A stretch of 63,550 bases of DNA, counting the filler, from Salisapilia sapeloensis CBS 127946 (lineage: Eukaryota > Protista > Oomycota), in the NCBI GenBank assembly GCA_023334545.1. It is 10 parts of 10 records of this genome, joined end to end, with 100 filler letters (N's around TTAATTAATTAA, not from the genome) between each part and the next. Parts side by side here need not be neighbours in the genome. Positions count along the whole stretch, not along the records: positions 11,691 to 39,060 come from JAADVB010000236.1; 9 more parts are not named here. The stretch is one strand, 5' to 3'. Position 1 is the first letter of the stretch, and each line of letters starts with the position of its first letter. The notes under the pieces were generated by a model. It was given only the letters and a program-made list of their open reading frames with translations, had not been told where the DNA came from and ran no database searches. Below are positions 11,591-25,700 of this stretch, piece after piece. A program made the position numbers and the translations under genes.

Positions 11591-11690
11591 NNNNNNNNNN
11601 NNNNNNNNNNNNNNNNNNNNNNNNNNNNNNNNNNTTAATTAATTAANNNNNNNNNNNNNNNNNNNNNNNNNNNNNNNNNNNNNNNNNNNN
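11591..11690. other. Artificial contig linker
   Basis: N44-TTAATTAATTAA-N44; stop codons in all six frames. Confidence 0.97.
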
Positions 11691-12900
11691 ATACTACATT
11701 ATCTACTGTCCCTACCTACCGTACTTAGACTACCTGCCAATCGCGCAATGAAAGTTGTGTATTTGTGGACATTTCAATGGTCGAGGCATAGCGAAATAAA
11801 GTATCAATTGGATCGAGCGTTACCGACACGACATTTCCTTAGTTAGTATTAAGATATATTACGAAATTGGGGTTATAGACTGTAAACAATTAGTGAATAA
11901 TTGGAGTGTTATTCCTGGAAGATTTAACAAGTTAGCTTTCGACTACTTGAATGCTATTTATCAAAACCTCGAACAGAGACTATAGTTGCGAAAGAAAATG
12001 TAAAATTTTGCATTGGAACGATGAATATATCTGTTATACGATAATCTCTGGCTCATAAACTGTATGCTAAATATGTATAATATATTTAGCATTCATCAGA
12101 TTTTAAATAGTTATCATATGTATAAAATCAATCAGACAAAAGTTATAAAAGATACGCTATAATTGAATACAAATACTATTCTACCTCAATTTTATTTGTA
12201 CGTTTTATGTTATTCTTCATAAAGATATCACAATAAGCATAATCTTGATTCTTTTACTATGGTGAAAGTCATATTGATGACACTACATGATATCTTTTCA
12301 ATACCGTCGGAAGCAAGATAATTATAAAAAACATCTAGTATTTATTTAAAATAACAACAGTGTTGTTTAGCTATATATGGCTTCTATAGAAAGTATTGCT
12401 GATTTAATAGGAAAACATAACGAGAAAACAAGGTTCATATAAAAATTAAATTAGAGTCAGATAACTGAAACAATCAAGGCTCATATATATATCATATATT
12501 TAAATGATATCATATACTTAAAATAACGAATTAGTTGAAAATAAAATGGTTAACATGGACCATAATGTAAAACACAGATTTACAAAGAACAGTCAAAGAT
12601 TCCAAATTAGGTTACATTAACAACACAATGATTCAAAAAATTAATAAAAGGTATAATGTCTGCGTATTGTGTAACGTCAAAAAATTAGTTGCTTTAACGA
12701 AATATAACCAAAGAAATTCTCTCCAATATTTATAGAAATGGGGAAATAAAAAGGATGTTACATTTTCAAATTTAAATTTAAAAAATGTTACACAATTTGA
12801 GAAACTAAAAAAATGTTACATCAGTTAAAAATACGAAATTATCAATTATTTCTGGAAAAGTTTGGGGCCAATTAGCAATATGCGATGAGTATCGTGTAGA
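11691..12900. other. AT-rich non-coding island
   Basis: Visibly very low GC, and no ORF of 60 aa or more in the track. Confidence 0.8.
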
Positions 12901-13020
12901 GCCACTTGATCAGCCAGATCTATCAGCTATTGTGAAGTCGTGAGGCATAGTGACACGACTTGAAAAAAGCATTGCATTGAAAGATATCCATCAATGTTTT
13001 AGCACAATAGATCGCCACGT

Positions 13021-14877
13021 GTGAGATCTTTAAAGTCTAAGCTAAACGGAGATACCTCGTTTCATTATTCAATTTACACCCAGGAAGCTACTTCGCGTCA
13101 ACTAAGGGACATGCCATTCTTTGAACAACGGACGTATGCCAAGAAGGGTGACATTGTCCAAGCTGTTGTCGACTACAATGACGAGGTGAAGCGACCCTAT
13201 CATGTTGCAAGAAGTTCTAAACGGTCATATAAGGCTGTGTGCATCCACAAAGACTGACACATTGTGGTTCAATTCGCATTCTCGAGCACGTTCAAGCCTC
13301 CTACGAAGTTTAGAGCACATTCTTGTTCGACGGACATTGACTTAGAGGGTATTGCACGTACGTTCAACCGCAAGTGGACAGCTAAACAGCTTGCTCAGAA
13401 TGACTCCGTTAGTCGCTTTTATTACGACAGTAACGGAAACGTGACCCCATTCATGCTAAAGAGGCACATCGAAACAACCGGAGCTACGGTTTCCTATCAG
13501 AATTGTGTCAACGCCATTGAAAGACTCAAACAGTATTTTATGAAGGATACTGAATCGCATACGCTTGCTTGCCGAGGTACGTGGAACAACTCCAAGTTCA
13601 TGGACATAGCGCTACTCTTGATACAAAGGATGGAAAGTTTGAGCGACTATGCGTCGTTTATCAAGAAAGTCTAGTGGGTTTTGAGCCTTATGCTGTTCGT
13701 GAACTTAGCATTGACGGAACATTCATGAAAACGGCCATTGGAGGAACGTTGTTAGTGGCGTGCTTTCCAAATGGTAATGGCAAAATCCAAATAGTTGGAA
13801 TAGTTCTTGCTTTAATTGAGAACAAGGATAACTGGACGTTCTTTCTTCGCTTCCTGTTTAGCAAGATGGACGCTTTACCAGCATTCGTTATCTGTGATAG
13901 AGATAAAGGAATCATACCTACACTGGAAAAAGTTTCACCGAGCTTATTTCACTTTAATTGCTTTCGACATGTCATGGAAAACTTTAACAGGATTTTCAAG
14001 TCCAAGAAGTTAAAAAAAATCTTGGTTACTAGCAAGAGCACGAACGCACGAGGACTTCAACCATCATGCCAGTGAACTAGAAGCAAAGAGCTCGAAGGCC
14101 TATGACTGGCTTATGACTGCCGGTAAAAAGAAGTGGTCCATCTGCTACAGTCCTTGTGCTAGGTATGGAATCATCACTTCCAACAACGAAGAGGCGGTTA
14201 ATAGTGCTATACGTTGCATCCGCAAGCTACCTGTTCTTGATTGTCTCATGACGCTTGAACGGTACATTGGATCCAAGTAGGCAGAGAGTGGCCTCAAAGC
14301 TTCCGGGTGGAAGGAGCTTACGCGGGAGGCTTCTTCGCGTGTGCAAAAGACTGCCGACAGAAGCAGCTCAAGTATGATCGCAGCTTATTCGCACAATACA
14401 TTGGTTGTTCGGGTTCTCACGTCTGCCGATGCGATAACAGGTGAGTTTTCGCTCTTGATATCAGAAAACGAAGCGCATTGCTCGTGCAACTTTGACGTCG
14501 ATCATAGAAGCCTTTGCGAGCACACTATTCAAGTACTGCGCGAGTATAATCGACTATCTGAGGTTTCTTCCTTGCATGACGAAACTTGGAAGACGTTGAC
14601 TGACCTGAAAGCTTACAGCAGGGGTGAAAGTACCTCGTTCCACCCATCAATAGTGCGTAGTGAGCTATTAATGTCCGAAGGTTGTTTGCCACCAGGTATC
14701 TTGAAGAAGCGTGGTAGGCCAAAGAAGAAGCACCGCATTGAATCGCAAGGAGCAACGAAAGAGCTGGCTGAAGATTCGAAGCGCTCCTATAAATGTACTA
14801 AATGTGGTGCTGCAGGGCACAACAAGCGTCGCTGTCCACTTCGCTCGGAAGCTGCCTCTCAATCTTCTACCTTTTAG
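13021..14877 (+). mobile_element. Degenerate Mutator-like (MULE) transposase
   Basis: Broken over at least four ORFs by stops and frameshifts. Motifs: LSIDGTF and ICDRDKG (catalytic Asp motifs), CFRHVMENF (CxxH), SWIM finger CSCNF..SLCEH, RGRPKK, and C-terminal knuckle YKCTKCGAAGHNKRRCP. Confidence 0.9.
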
Positions 14878-15499
14878 TTTCGACAAGCAGTACACTGGGT
14901 AGCACGATTCGTTACTCATCACTTCTTTCAAGACCAAATTGTTTTCAGTGTTGTTGCAGTTTACTTAGAACAGGTACAAATTATGGGCTAGCTTGAACTG
15001 AACAATACATACAAATGCAGACTCTATGTACAGTCGAAGTAAAACAGAATGAAAGGCAACGTTAATGGCGAGAGAAGAAGATTGTAGAACAAGGACAGTT
15101 AAATAGATAGGTACGCGTGCAAGGATAAACAACAACAGAACTAAAAGAGTTAGAGAATGCAATATGCTCATTATGATGATACCATAAGCCGACGTACTCC
15201 AACTCTCTTTGCAGAGAGCTTCCAAAGACAGGGAAGTGTTTGCCTACAGAATTGCTAAGGGGTATCGGAAATTTGCCATTAACGCTCTACAAAACCTGAA
15301 GGATCGCATTTGCCAATGAATTTGGTGTATGCTTGCCGTAGCAATTACAGCGAAGTACATGTGAAGCAAATTGCAAACCGAGCTAAAGTCGCTCCAAGTG
15401 ATCCTAAATATCCACTTATATTCCGTAAGTATCTAGTATACTGGCTAGCTAAATGTAAAACTGTACAGTTTGTTACATCTTGCCTTAAGTACGCCGATT

Positions 15500-18400
15500 C
15501 TGTATTGTTGCCTGTTCGATTGTAAGTAAAATTTAGAGCTCTGAATATCTAACATTCAATTTGCAACACGATTTGCATTTCTAACAAGTAGTAGTCTCGG
15601 GTATACAAAAATAAGTAAAGTAAAAAGTGACTGATAAAATTTACATGCAAAGCTACAGAGTTATAAGGCCCAAAAAACTTTTATGATGTAAAGCAGGTTG
15701 ATAGTACATGACTTGATCGACAATTTTTCTTCTTTACTATAACCGTGTCGTGGTAAAAAACGCCAAGGGACATTTGAGCAGAATCGTCTATAAAATGTCA
15801 CGTCGAGTAAATATATTTTTAAGCTAAATTTTCATGATACCATATCAATGTAAATGCGAAATAAAAGCGTATAAAATTGTTTTTAGTTTCTTCCATTGTG
15901 TAACCTTTTTGTTATTTGCCCTATAGAAAATAGTATAAAATGCTTATTAATGTTAGACAAAAATGAAACTAAAGTTCATTTTAATACAATGGAAGGTTTC
16001 AATCCTATCAAAAAGGGCTTATTTTTTTAAAGAAATATGAGAAGTAGCTTTCGGCTCTACTGACCATATTTTCAAAATAAAACATACCAACCCTAAAGGT
16101 GGTTAATTTTATTTAGGGCCTGACTAAGTCATCAACGCTCTAATGTCACTTAGTTATTTTAAGAAATTTATCCAAATATTTAGCAATCAGACACGGCATT
16201 TTATTTTGCAATTTTGGCATATTTAGCACGCCTTTACGTTTTTCAGCACAAAGGAAGTCTTTCATTTGTTTATGTATTAATTGCGTTTAATTTTAGTCTA
16301 ACAAAAAATGCGTCGTTTTTGTATATAAATCTTGTATTAAAAATTTTTCTGTAATAATATATTGATTTCCATTTGAAGCCGTAGTATAATAGGATTAGCA
16401 TTTCGGACAGTGGTGTTCATAGTTTAAAACTGCAAAAATTATTATATACATAGTGAGGTTTATTAAGTATCTAACTATACAGCTTTATCAAATATTTGTA
16501 TTGAAACTTACAAATATACAAAAATTAGCCAAAATCTAAATACATCAGTATCATTATTAATATGCTAGACATGCTTACACACAACTTTAACATAAATTCT
16601 GTTTTCTAGTAAAACTTACAAAATTGTTTACATGTACATTAAATTTTACACCATGTTATATAAATTAATATAAATTGATACTTAATACATAGAAAAAGAA
16701 TGGCATCATTAAAGAAGCCCATAAATATATATGCCCAAAAAAATACAGATAGTATACATCTAACATTTTAGAATATCTCCTGATGTTATTTACATCAAAT
16801 TATCAAATAAGTATGCTATTATAGACATAAATTTTGTTGAATATAAAATTAATTTGTACAGCTTTTTTTTTGTTTTTGTGTACTATATTGACGTACGTTT
16901 TTTCAAATAATGTTATAGAAAGCGGGTTATGAAATATCAAAAGTTTATTACCAACTGGAAATGGTTTAATGACATGTATTAAAGGGATAAGATATTAATA
17001 TTTTTAATTTAAATATTGTATGTTAAAAATCTTATGTATTTTTTTTACAATTGTATGTCTACAACAATAATGTGGTTTCAAAAAGGACCCACAATATAAA
17101 ACTAAACTAGAATTTTTATTGTTATAAAGAGATATCTAAACCTGCATAATTATTTGCACACCTTACGACGCATGCAACTCAAATTGTAATTATTGACTTA
17201 GATTGGATACGTTGTTTCGATTTTATTCTGCTTAAGCTTATTAAATTTTTCACAACATATTATCTGACTCTTCTTTTTTTAGACTGATTGACCAATTAAC
17301 TTAAAAGTGTTACCATTTAGCTTACATTATTGATTGTGAAATTGATCTTTTCATAACAGTAAGGTCGTCAATTAAGAGCGATACGATTTTAAGATTGTCA
17401 TGTGTAGTATCTTCACCATGACCTATGTTCTAGTATTGACAAACAATAATACGATTATGTCTAACTTCATTTTACATTTTGACATCGTTCTTAACAGTAT
17501 TAAGATATTAACTTTATTCATACCCAATCTTATCTGAGCCAAAGATGTTACACCACTCGTGCTAAATTTTTATTTAGATATAATCAATTTTAAAAAAATT
17601 AAATATTTGTACAATAGTTTGTTGTATCACTTACATAAAATTTTAAGTTTTGTTTTGTTTGCTATATTTTTAATATAACTCATATGAATTTAAAGAGTAT
17701 GTATCTTTAATCATTCTTTTATAAAAAAATTATTTAGAGACTATTATCAAAGTATTTGTAAAAAACTTGGTTAGTTAAAGCTACGTATTTACCTAGAATA
17801 AACTTCGCAATTGGTATGCATACTAGATTACTATGATAACTAAAAAAAGTTACACATACTAAAGAAGAGAGCAGTATATAGTTTTCCCTTTATCTTAATC
17901 TTGCAAGATTTATTGTATGTTGCAAATACTAATAAGGTCAATAAACAGCTAACAACATTATAAATTATATTTTAATTGTTTTCAACAGTTACAGATGTTT
18001 TATAATGTTGCCAACAGTTGCAAGATGTTTCAAGATGTTGCCAAACGTTGCAGGATGTTTCAAGATGTTTCAAAATGTTTCAAGATGTTGCCAACAGTTG
18101 CAGGATGTTTCTATATGTTTCAAGATGTTTCATGATGTTGCCAATAGTTGCACTATTATTTTGTATATGTTGAAAAGTGTTGCAATTGGCATTCATATTT
18201 TTTAACACAAAGCAGCCTGTATAATGAGATTGTTTCCGGTGTTCGATTATATAAAATTTTGTAGTCCGTCCGCATGTTTTCATTTTTCTTTAAATTGTTC
18301 CTTGGCTTTGCTTAACGTTGCAATTGTTTTATACTGATACGGACTGTGTTTTATATGTGGCCTGATCAATCTATACGATATAGATTTTAGTTTTGCCGTT

Positions 18401-18600
18401 GTTTCATTTTTGATGGTTTTATTAGCTAATTGCAAGTTTAAAATTGAGTTTTTGTCAAACCGGTGTTGTTTTTACATTGCCAAATTGAAGTTCTTACTCA
18501 GGTTCGAATGCATTGAAAAATGATATTAAAGAAGAATCAAACTTCCTCGTAGATAGATTTAAGAAACTTGTCGTAAGCGTGAAGCGCATATAAAGTATAG
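15500..18600. other. AT-rich non-coding island
   Basis: A sampled 60-nt line (16501-16560) is 20% GC. No ORF of 60 aa or more between 15525 and 18005. Confidence 0.8.
17991..18150 (+). repeat. 10-bp minisatellite, 16 units, with higher-order structure
   Basis: Units are variants of CAAGATGTTT (A), CAAGATGTTG (B) and CCAACAGTTG (C), arranged ABC ABC AAABC AAABC. Confidence 0.9.
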
Positions 18601-18849
18601 CCATATAGAAAGAGTGTGAGAAGCTTGCTTTAAAGAAATAAATCTATAGATTTACGATGATTGTGTAGTAACAGTTTGCAAATGTGCACACGGCTTATTT
18701 TGAGTCCAGTTATAAGTGTGCAATACCCAGTAATGGTCTTCATGCCCACTGAAGGGCATAACAAAAACTTCTCCTGTGTCCAAAACATAATTTTCCCGAA
18801 GCATATGATTAATCAAGGAGACAACTAACAACAAGTCAAAAACCCTACT

Positions 18850-21370
18850 AATTAGGCTAGATATGGCTATTTTTGAAGGTTCAAAGGGTAAGGGGACTGG
18901 AGAGGAATTTGACTGTCGAAAATATGTCCAACTCTTCAGTACCAACATATTTCCCTACTTCAGACAGTGTTTAAGATGTATGCTGGCATTTATGTCAACT
19001 GATTGCAGCACTTTTCGGTTAAGTCGCATATGAAAGAAAGCTAGGAAGACAACTCAGTTAGCCGCTTCTCTTAATGGAACGGACCGTACAAGACCGATAT
19101 GCCGATCTAACACAATCCATTGATGAAAGTTCTGTTATCGCGCTTATCAGCTTTCGCGAAGCATCTGACTCCGTGGCTCGACTTCTCCTCCAAGCAGCCA
19201 CTCGCAACTACTGCACAGTTCAAAGTAAACGAGCTGGGCTACTATCGTAAGATTGCTGTAGCCTTCCTACAATTAGCGCCGCTGCTGCGCCCAGCACTGG
19301 GCGTAAGTTAGCTGACATAACAACTAAATACAAATACAAATTGAAAGTAAATGGGCGTTTGTCGCACCTGATCTCCGCACGTTCATAAATCAAAGCAAGG
19401 GTGTTCGTTGGCACCATTACTTTTTCTATTAGTGGTCGAGATGTTTAAAAGGGTTTTAGTGAATGACCTTGAGATCAACAATATACAAATATCTCCTCAT
19501 CACAGTTCACATGATACGGTTTCCGCGTTCGAGGATGATATGGCAATTTTCTTGAATACTGGTGCTGATCTACCAAAAGTTTTGAAGCATGTCAAGAGGT
19601 TCGTAGATCATGCTAGTCTATACATTCAACCCAAACAAAGCGTGTGTATTCCTCTGGATAAGACGATCAAAGGTACCCAGTACTATGTACTCACCCTACC
19701 GGCAAATCGCACGACCCACTATCTGGGCATACAACTTAAGGATTTATTGTGCTGAGATCCAGGTATGGTCGGAGTTTTTTAGTCTAAGCTGAGAGTGTTT
19801 CGTACACAGAAGGCTATGGTTTTTCTACCGACATGGATATCTAGAAATATAAAGTTGAACTAGGTTACCGCATGGTAGCTAGTATAGAGAAACTCAGGTG
19901 CCCGTATTGAAATGGATACACGAAGGGATCTCGGAAGTTTTCAATTCTTAACCTGCTACACGGTGAATACTTGACCTCTGATCAAGGACAGGCAATAACT
20001 ACGGACTAACAAAGAAGACTCTTATCAACCTACGTTGATTTGCTATCTCTTACTCTCTGATCGACCCACCTCTTGAGCACAAAAGATTTAGAATCAGCAG
20101 ACTGGGACCGGCGTATAGTTTATATTAAATGACCCCTTGGCTATGCATCCCGTGTAGCAAGCAGTCCGCAAGATCGGATAGCTATTTCAAATAGTATATC
20201 CCTACCCAGCTTACTCTACACGGCGGAGTGGATAAGACCATCGCGCCTTCATTTGAAATAACTAGAAAACATTCAAAAGAATTTTCCATGGTTCTTATAA
20301 CCTAGTACAGCAACAGTCAGACATCATCTCCTGCTATCATTCCTGTTCACGTCAGAATGGGCAGGAGATGTAGGTCTTCGTCATGTTGCAACAGCAATTA
20401 CGGCACAGGCAGCTAGAGATGCGATGCGTTGGATAGCCGATCACTTATCAGTCTTTAGAGACTGTTGGTCAGATCTCACGGATCCCACACGCAACATCAA
20501 TGATGATTCGATTGAGTTTCCTCCTCAATTGCGTCTCAACTTCCGTGTAAGTTGACTTACAGCGAAAGGAGACATTTATCTGACTAGACGTCTTTTGGTT
20601 GGGCAGTTATCTCTGCGGATGATCAGCTCAGACACTGAATGGCCACCATGTGACCGTTGGAAACTGCCGACACATATTGTCCAGTTATGGTGGAGAAACC
20701 CTCCAACTACACTTGAATCGGCCAGCTAAACCTCTGCACTATCCTCTCGTAGTGACAAATAACTGGTACAAGCTTGCTTAGAGCGACACTATATATATCG
20801 TGAATACCCTAGAGATGCAACTTAGAGCAATCGACTATCCCCTGCTGAGGAAATGCTCATGTGCACAACTGCGAGTGATAAAGCTATCCGACCGTGAGTA
20901 CTCCATTGGAATACCTCATCACCCGGTGTCAAACGGACCCATTAGCATCGATCGAATTGCAAATTGAGCAACAATGATCATCTCCTGTACGCCAACTATA
21001 ATCCCTGAAGCTCACTCACCAGCACCTCGTGGGTGGACGACCACGGAATTATGGCAGCAGGATCTGAAGCCACGGCGTGATCTCCACTGGCGACAAAGGT
21101 CACCGACGGTCGTCTCAGAAAAGGGAACGTTGACATCTGGAAGTACAGTAGAGATGATTACGGATTGGAATGCTGGTAAAGCTCAATGGGTCGCTCGACC
21201 TTCTCATACGACCACTGGTCTTGTACCAACCATTGTATCGGGAATCCAGCGGACTTCGGGATTACCACAGTTCTAATACGTCTAGTTCGGACAAGGTCCG
21301 GCAGCTGTCAACTTCAATTGGACAAAATGTGCCCTACTCATCTCCAAATACTTACAACTAACGTGTGTCT
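18850..21370 (+). mobile_element. Degenerate L1-clade non-LTR retrotransposon ORF2 fragment (reverse transcriptase and downstream region)
   Basis: Translated remnants in order: GRTVQD, ALISFREASDSVAR (LDFxKAYDSV-like), KVNGRLS, QGCSLAPLLFLL, SAFEDD (YADD equivalent) and HYLGI, with many stops and frameshifts. Boundaries approximate. Confidence 0.8.
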
Positions 21371-21559
21371 AGATTGACGTGCTTGGACAGAACTTGGCGA
21401 ATGGTGGGATAATCACGTGAAAACCTTATTGGCATCCAGTAGATGAATCAAAGTATCATTCGCCAGTTGCTCAAGTCCTCCATAACGGTGGTGTCTAGGT
21501 GAATTTCATGGAGAGGAACGAGTATATTTCATGCTACACCCCACAGACAGAGCCTAAGA

Positions 21560-22745
21560 GTACTATGCGTTTTGAGCTTATTCATCTACGTGTCAAAGAT
21601 ATGCGTAGGTGACTAGGATATTCCATGTCCAACATCCATGCGGATGAATTTTAGTTTCGACAACACAAACGTAGTGAATGAGCAAGCGAGTTTCGACGTT
21701 AAAGATCGAGTCAAAGTCTATTCTTACGTGGACATTTACTTGGATGCAATATCCATTCGTGTCTTTCGTTTTGATGTATTTGATTAAGTACTTGGTATAG
21801 AGACTTGAAGAACTGACGTACATCTTTCGGCATGTCATCCGATCGATCTAACCATGTTCCTCGTCGTTTCTCACCGACGTGAAGTGCATTGATATCTTCA
21901 TTCTCTCTATCGCTTGAATTTGTCAGAGCTGAAAGAGAGGATCATGATGTTTTCCGAGCCTGTCATCTCCGAAGCACGTCCTCAATGACCGTCGACTGCT
22001 TCGACGATCGATCCTCCTTCTTTATACTCGAGTCATCAGCTCCATCGACAGTAGATGGTACAGCTTAATGAGACGTTGGGGGAGTTGGAGCGACCGATGG
22101 ACATTCCTGTGCCTGTAAACGAGATCCGAGAGCTCTACTTTCTCTTCCTAGCTGCTCATTCCTTGTCTCAAGATCTGTAATGACTTGCTGTTGATGTGCA
22201 TCCTCTTCATTTCTCCTTCTGACGCCACCATACGTTCCTTCGACGACGCTTCGATGACGTCTGATCCTTTGTCATGTTTCCAACCTTTTCCGCCAATTCT
22301 GTCTGTACACGAGTACCCGCCACGACCTTGGCTTCAGCTGACTCCAACCTCTCTTTCAATCTCTCTTTCTCCTCTGTGATAGCAGCGACCTCTTGCTGAT
22401 ACTAGGCATCGTTATCTGCTATCCATTGACGTAATGAAGCGATTTCAGTTGGCTGGTCGGCCTGTTCTACTGTATTCTGTCCTCACTCAAAAGCTTCTTT
22501 CAATGACTGTACTTCTGTCTCGACAGCACTCTTCTCGCGCAAGCTATGAACTTCCTGTGCTTTCATCTGTTCCTCCTGACAATTCGATTGTCATGCAGCA
22601 TCTAATCTTGCTAAACTCTGTTGTGCTTTACGACATTCGACTTGAAATTCCGTCAGCGCTTGATAAGATGCAACATAATCCAGTGTTGCTTTCAAATTCT
22701 GTCGAACGCATGCTGCAACGATAGAGATATCTCTGTTAGAACCAA
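21560..22745 (-). pseudogene. Coiled-coil protein pseudogene
   Basis: One minus-strand frame reads DISIVAACVRQNLK...RLDAA*QSNCQEEQMKAQEVHSLREK...EAFE*GQN...DNDA*YQQEVAAITEERKRLKERLE, i.e. heptad-like sequence interrupted by at least three in-frame stops. Boundaries approximate. Confidence 0.55.
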
Positions 22746-22799
22746 AAGAACGACCATTTTCGTACGGACATCCAAACCACAACATAATCAGACGTGATC

Positions 22800-25700
22800 C
22801 GAGGCGACAGCGATTGAAGACATGCGCTGCTTGTGTCTTGTGTGCGACGTCAAAGACGACAATACGAATGACGTGGCTGCCAACGATCATAATACTAGCG
22901 ATATACATGAAGGAGTGCGTGGTAGGGTGCCTCCACAAGTCCAGGATAGTGTGCAATGTGAGACCTTCCTTAATCTCTTACATGCGCCATAGATTTAAGT
23001 GTGGGATGTGCCGAGGTAGGAGTGCTCGGAAAATAAGGAGCTTTGATTCCACTTCCAGTGGTCTTCTACGTCCGAGGCAGCGAGCTCAGTCGTCGAGAAG
23101 AGCAAAAATGGGCTGAGATGGCAGATCATGTTTGGCGATTCGAGTCTCGAGAGGTGTCATTCTACTCCACATGCGGTGAGACTAGCCTCCCGTCTTGAGA
23201 GACGCTTGTGTGTGCAGGAAGTGGTCGATCGCACCATTGAAACTGCTTATGAACTGATCATCAACTGTTATCCGGACAACCAACGACATCGACGAAGAGA
23301 AAGAAATTCCAGAATCAACTTGCATGCAACTCTTGCGTGGACGGTCTTGCAAATGCAATCATGAAAGAATCTGCTACGGCAACTAGTGAATTATCCTGTG
23401 GCCTAGTATCAACGACAGCTTATCTCGTTCCAAGCGCAGTTTCACAAAGCAATTCGAATGATGTGGAAGTGAATGCATTCGAGCAATGCCCAAAATGCGA
23501 AAGGCTTTTCATACCTGGATTCGTATCAGAAGAAGGATGTCGTCGATATCGTCCACCAGCTATCACGAATGAAAATAGCCAGGAAAAGCCTCCATTGGAA
23601 GTGGACCTAGTAACGATGGTGATATGTGACGGCTGTGAGGAAGTTTTGAGCTTCAATCTGGTGAAACAGCCACCGAGGGTGAGTGGTTCTGCGTCAAATG
23701 TGTTTCTGCGCGTCCAGAGCGACAGAAAGTATCGAATGAATCGGCCAATAATGCAGCAACAGGACGGAAAATGGTAGGCAGGAGAAAGAGGCGGTCAAAG
23801 CACCTCCTCCGATCAAGATGGAAGAACCTGAACCACCTGCGATGACTGTAACCATGCTCATTTGCGATGGATGCAGTTGGGAAGAAGGCTACTAAGAGCA
23901 GTCAGACAAACGTCATTCAAGTAGAGAATGAAGTCGTCGATATAACTGGCACAGAAGCCGATCAACCGATTGCAGAGCGTGAATCGGTCGTAATTGTGTG
24001 TGATCAGCGTCTACAAGAATCTCCGTTGGATACAACCTCCGAGATGGCGGAAGAAGGAGATTCGCCCAAGATACCCCCACGACTATGGCACTCCCCACCC
24101 TGCTTGCACCAGTTCAAGAAGAAGAGGAAACGAAGGCAGAGGTTTAGTAAGCAGGTGCTGTTGGAGATGCAGCTTTACGGTGGTCTCCTCCGTCCTACTG
24201 CTCAGAAGGTCGAGAACCCGGATCTGAAAGCGTTGCGAGCCGACTCTCGGATCAGTTTTCAGGAGATTGAAGACATGTTCTCTCTTGTCAGTCGTAATAT
24301 CGGCATCTTCCATAAGCCAGAGAAGCTTTGGGTTTGGGGGCGTACTCTCTGTTTTGACTTTCATGATAAGATGCTTTTGATGCGATTCAAACATGGTACA
24401 CAACAAGTGCTCCCATTGTATGCATGACCACTGACGATATGTACTAGTACGTCGAATCGAGTCAACGGAGGAAGCTGCTCATCCAATTGGGATTATGAGG
24501 TCGAATGCATTGGGTAGGAAGATATTGCTTGGCGCACAGATGGAGGAGTAGATGAATGCTAGTCGTCATTTCCGACTGGTTCATGCTTTCCTACGCACTT
24601 CTGGATTGAATAGTGATGTATCAGAAGTTGGCAAGTGTCTGTGGGCTAACCAAAGTATGCCTGTCGGTCCTCAGAGCAGGATGAAGATGTTGAGAAGGAA
24701 CGAATGGTACAGGAGCGCATCAAGAATTTGGTTCTGGAGAGATTACATGACACCATACAACAAGATGATGTGACCAAGTTCAAAAGAGCAATAGTCGGCA
24801 CTCACGTCCAATTAGGCGTCGAGAAGAAGAGAGCTCTCGTGAAAGAATATCAAGAAGAGACAGGGCGTCATGTTGTTCACTTTGTCACTGACCAAGTAGA
24901 GTCGGAGGAGACCAGCATGTCTTTGGACGATGCCGACTGGACTTGCAAGTAAGGAACAGGAAGATGCGCTACCAGGTCTTTCGAGATCACGTAGTGATCA
25001 GTCACAAATACAAAGTGTGCCTCTGCCGGCTCTACAGACGACGCTAGTGGAATTCAAAGGTCTGACGTCCAAGGTGGAACTGCATATGTTTGAGCAGTCA
25101 CGCGAAGAAAGCCATATAAATTGCTCACTTGATCTATGTCTCAGGTGCGGCATTGCCGGTATGTCCGATGAACTGCTCTTCTGTGTCGACTATGGTGAAG
25201 CTCTCCACTGGTTTTGTGTCTCTGACATGACGCAAGAAAAGCTTGCTGGCTTGAAAGATAGCTTCTGGCGTTGTCCGAACTGCAAGTTGTGTGAAAACTG
25301 TCAGGAGTCGAGGAATGAAGAGGCATTGCGTAGTCTTGGCGATGGCTTTTACGACTGTCAAAGCTGCTTCCGAGGATTCCACGGCTCTTGCTTATCGTCA
25401 TCACTCGAGCTGTCATCCTCCAAGTCTGAGCTTCAGGAAGACGAAAACTTCCAGAAGCAATTAGGCGAGAGAGAAAAACTCATGGTGGAGAAGACAGTAC
25501 TCCACTGCTCCCATTGCGTCGGCTCTTGTCGTAAGTGCCATCGACAGCTAGGTGCACGAGACTATAGTTATGACAAGAGTTTATGTCTTCGATGCAGTAA
25601 TGTTGCGTTGCCCGATGTTACTGCTTCAGGACATAGCAAAAAGGGCAATAAAGAGCTATTGCAAATATGGAACGCAGAGTACAGGAAAGAGCGACAGGGT

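Noticed and set aside
12005-12025. ATTGGAACGAT resembling part of U6 snRNA
   Set aside because: The match is about 11 nt, with none of the flanking U6 sequence.
12700-15400. Terminal inverted repeats of the MULE
   Set aside because: Only short weak matches (e.g. TTAGCAAT) were found between the flanks, with no convincing TIR or target-site duplication.
16092-16118. CCCTAAA and TTTAGGG telomere-like units
   Set aside because: Single units in AT-rich DNA are expected by chance; there is no array.
15500-18600. AT-rich tract as a mitochondrial insertion
   Set aside because: The GC level is compatible, but there are no ORF, rRNA or tRNA remnants, whereas oomycete mitochondrial DNA is gene-dense.
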